Source of the DNA: Antedon mediterranea
Lineage: Eukaryota; Animalia; Echinodermata
Assembly (NCBI RefSeq): GCF_964355755.1
Contig: NC_092676.1
Coordinates: 14,960,871-15,024,870, forward strand
Direction of reading: 5' to 3'
DNA: 64,000 nt
Positions 61,976 through 64,000 of the stretch are shown one piece after another (positions within the stretch are counted from its first letter, which is position 1; every line of letters starts with the position of its first letter). Position numbers and translations under genes: made by a program. The notes under the pieces are model-generated. The model did no database searches, had not been told where the DNA came from, and saw only the letters and a program-made list of their open reading frames with translations.

Positions 61976-64000
61976 TGGGCATACTAACACAACACGACGA
62001 TTGTTCACTAAAGGCCTAGTCAAGCCTTAATAAATTTAATTAATACACTATATATATATATATATTTTATCTAAAATGTAAAAACCTAACACTAAAATTT
62101 ACAAGATAAGTTCTATTTGATAACTGCTGAACATCGTGGTTCTGGAGCTAGCGAGCTGTACACAGAGCATAGTTGTTGTTTGGTTGACATAACAGGGTAT
62201 TCCCCTACACAGGTCTCCGCGTGCGTGCGTGACGTGCCCTGCCTGCTTGATAGAGAAAGCATGCAGCTCACACGCAAGTGCAAGATGCAATGGTTGAGTG
62301 AATTCAGGGATCATCTTAATTCCATGGTTTTTTACCTAAACACCACATGATGGTGAATATGCCTGTTAAAGTCTCAATGATACGATCCCTAATGTACCAT
62401 GTTGTTGCTAGGAGGCTTGAAAGGAGGAGGGATCTAGCCTAATTTCGGTCGGCAAGAGAATGCCGTCCTCTGACAATATAAGGTCGGCAATATTAAGGTC
62501 GGCAATTGAAATTTGTGGGCTGGAAATTACACCAACAATATAGTTCATAAAAAAAAAGAGAGTAGCCGGAAATGCGATTTGCGGCCATAGGCCTATAGAG
62601 AAAAAAAATTCGAGGGTATGGTTCCAGTGGCGCGCGGATCTAGCGGGGGCGTATTTTTTTTAAATTAAATAGATTTTAAAAACACGTATCGTTTCGACGG
62701 TCACCGATGGTTTGCACATTTTCATAGTGAAAATAGTACGTCGGAGCACATCGTCAGCTTGATCGCATTCCACCAAGCATGTACATCGACATCCTTTGTG
62801 TACTATCAATCTCTAGCGTTACCAACGATCATTCACAGTTAAGTGTAAAAGGAGCAAGTTCATAAAAGCCACGTGGTGAGCTTGGTCGCGTTCCACTAAG
62901 CAGGTCGGCATCCTTTGTGATCGTCACTCCCGTATTGTAGAGTAGCGGTACCTCAGACGATCAATAGAGTTGATGAAGCCACATGGTCAGTGCTACTATA
63001 CTACGCGCCCATTTATTAAGTACAATAAAAACAAAGGCTAGGACTGTATGCCTATGAAAATTATCCCGTCAGGGATAAATTTTATTAAAACATATTACTA
63101 TTAAAATATTAACAATGCTGCAGCATTTCATGACCCTTGTTGTTTTATTTGCTTTCCCGTCGATGATTCTCATAAACACATCGCGATGACATCATGACAA
63201 AAGAGGTGTTTTGTTTTTTTCAAATCACTAAATATAATGTAATCGAGCCGGACCGTAATTTTTAAACGATCGTTTAAACCAGGTCGTTGAATATGCCGTG
63301 ATTTTAATTGGCCCTGTTCAGACCCATGGCGTTAGACCGTTTTAGCGTACAACGTTACTATCAAGGTCACGTTACAAACTGCAGAGAAAAAAACGAGGTG
63401 TTCAGACCCATAGCGTACGATTATCGTTACAACGGAAGTACGTCATCCAAGTTGTTTCTAGTTGCATATTCATGTGCTCTTACCCACGTGTTTTCATCAT
63501 TATTTCCACTGTATACAGGCCTAGATCTCAGCCCTACAATTATGACAAAATTTGCCGTAAATAAAACATACCTCAGCATTTATTTAAGAAAAATATAGTA
63601 AAGCCAAATTTCTGTTTCTATTGTTTTTATTTTGTAGTAAAATCATTTTCCCCAGGCTCTTGTGTTACCATGGAGTAAAGAATAAAATAAAGCAGGCCTC
63701 GTAATGATGAAGAAAAAAATGATTGTGATTAGTCTATCCAGTCCAGTCAAAGATTATATATTCTTTGGTCCAGTCGGTTGAAAATAACCCTTAACTTGCT
63801 AATAAAAGGGAAACAGCTCCCCTTGTTTGTTTACTGATTTTTTTAGGAGTTAGGGGGTTTTCAGCATTAAACTTGTCCAGTCTAGTCTGCCTTGTATGAA
63901 TGAGTGACTTGATGTCCCAGGCTAGTTTTTAGCTTGAATGAAATGCGTGAATGGCTCTAGGCCTAGCTAGGCCTAAAAGCGGATGGGATCGTAGTCCCTA

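Noticed and set aside
62099-62350. Short ORFs on both strands
   Set aside because: No recognisable motif or splice-supported structure; probably transposon interior.

Overview
AT-rich metazoan genomic DNA, probably from a marine invertebrate (inference from gene and transposon content); nothing prokaryotic and no CRISPR. Genes: the last 5 exons of an SLCO/OATP transporter (+); an intronless, highly divergent cyclin-fold ORF broken by one extra base in an A8 run (-); a complete 12-coding-exon kinesin-14 (KIFC1/Ncd-like, about 663 aa, -); and, head-to-head with it, a complete BRCC36/BRCC3 JAMM deubiquitinase (about 260 aa, +). The BRCC36 gene has an AT-AC U12 intron, an adjacent GC-AG intron and a candidate 72-nt cassette exon. 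The rest is four minisatellites (19, 29, 57 and 78 bp units), LINE remnants (L2/Crack-like, CR1, L1/Tx1), Helitron/Helentron-type elements and non-autonomous TIR elements with 5-, 6- and 9-bp TSDs. Comparing paralogous repeat copies inside the window shows recurrent micro-insertions (TA>TAGGCCTA, TA>TACTGTA). Separately, 7-bp duplications flank CATG cores. Both look like transposon excision footprints. All calls come from manual reading and translation; no database search was run.
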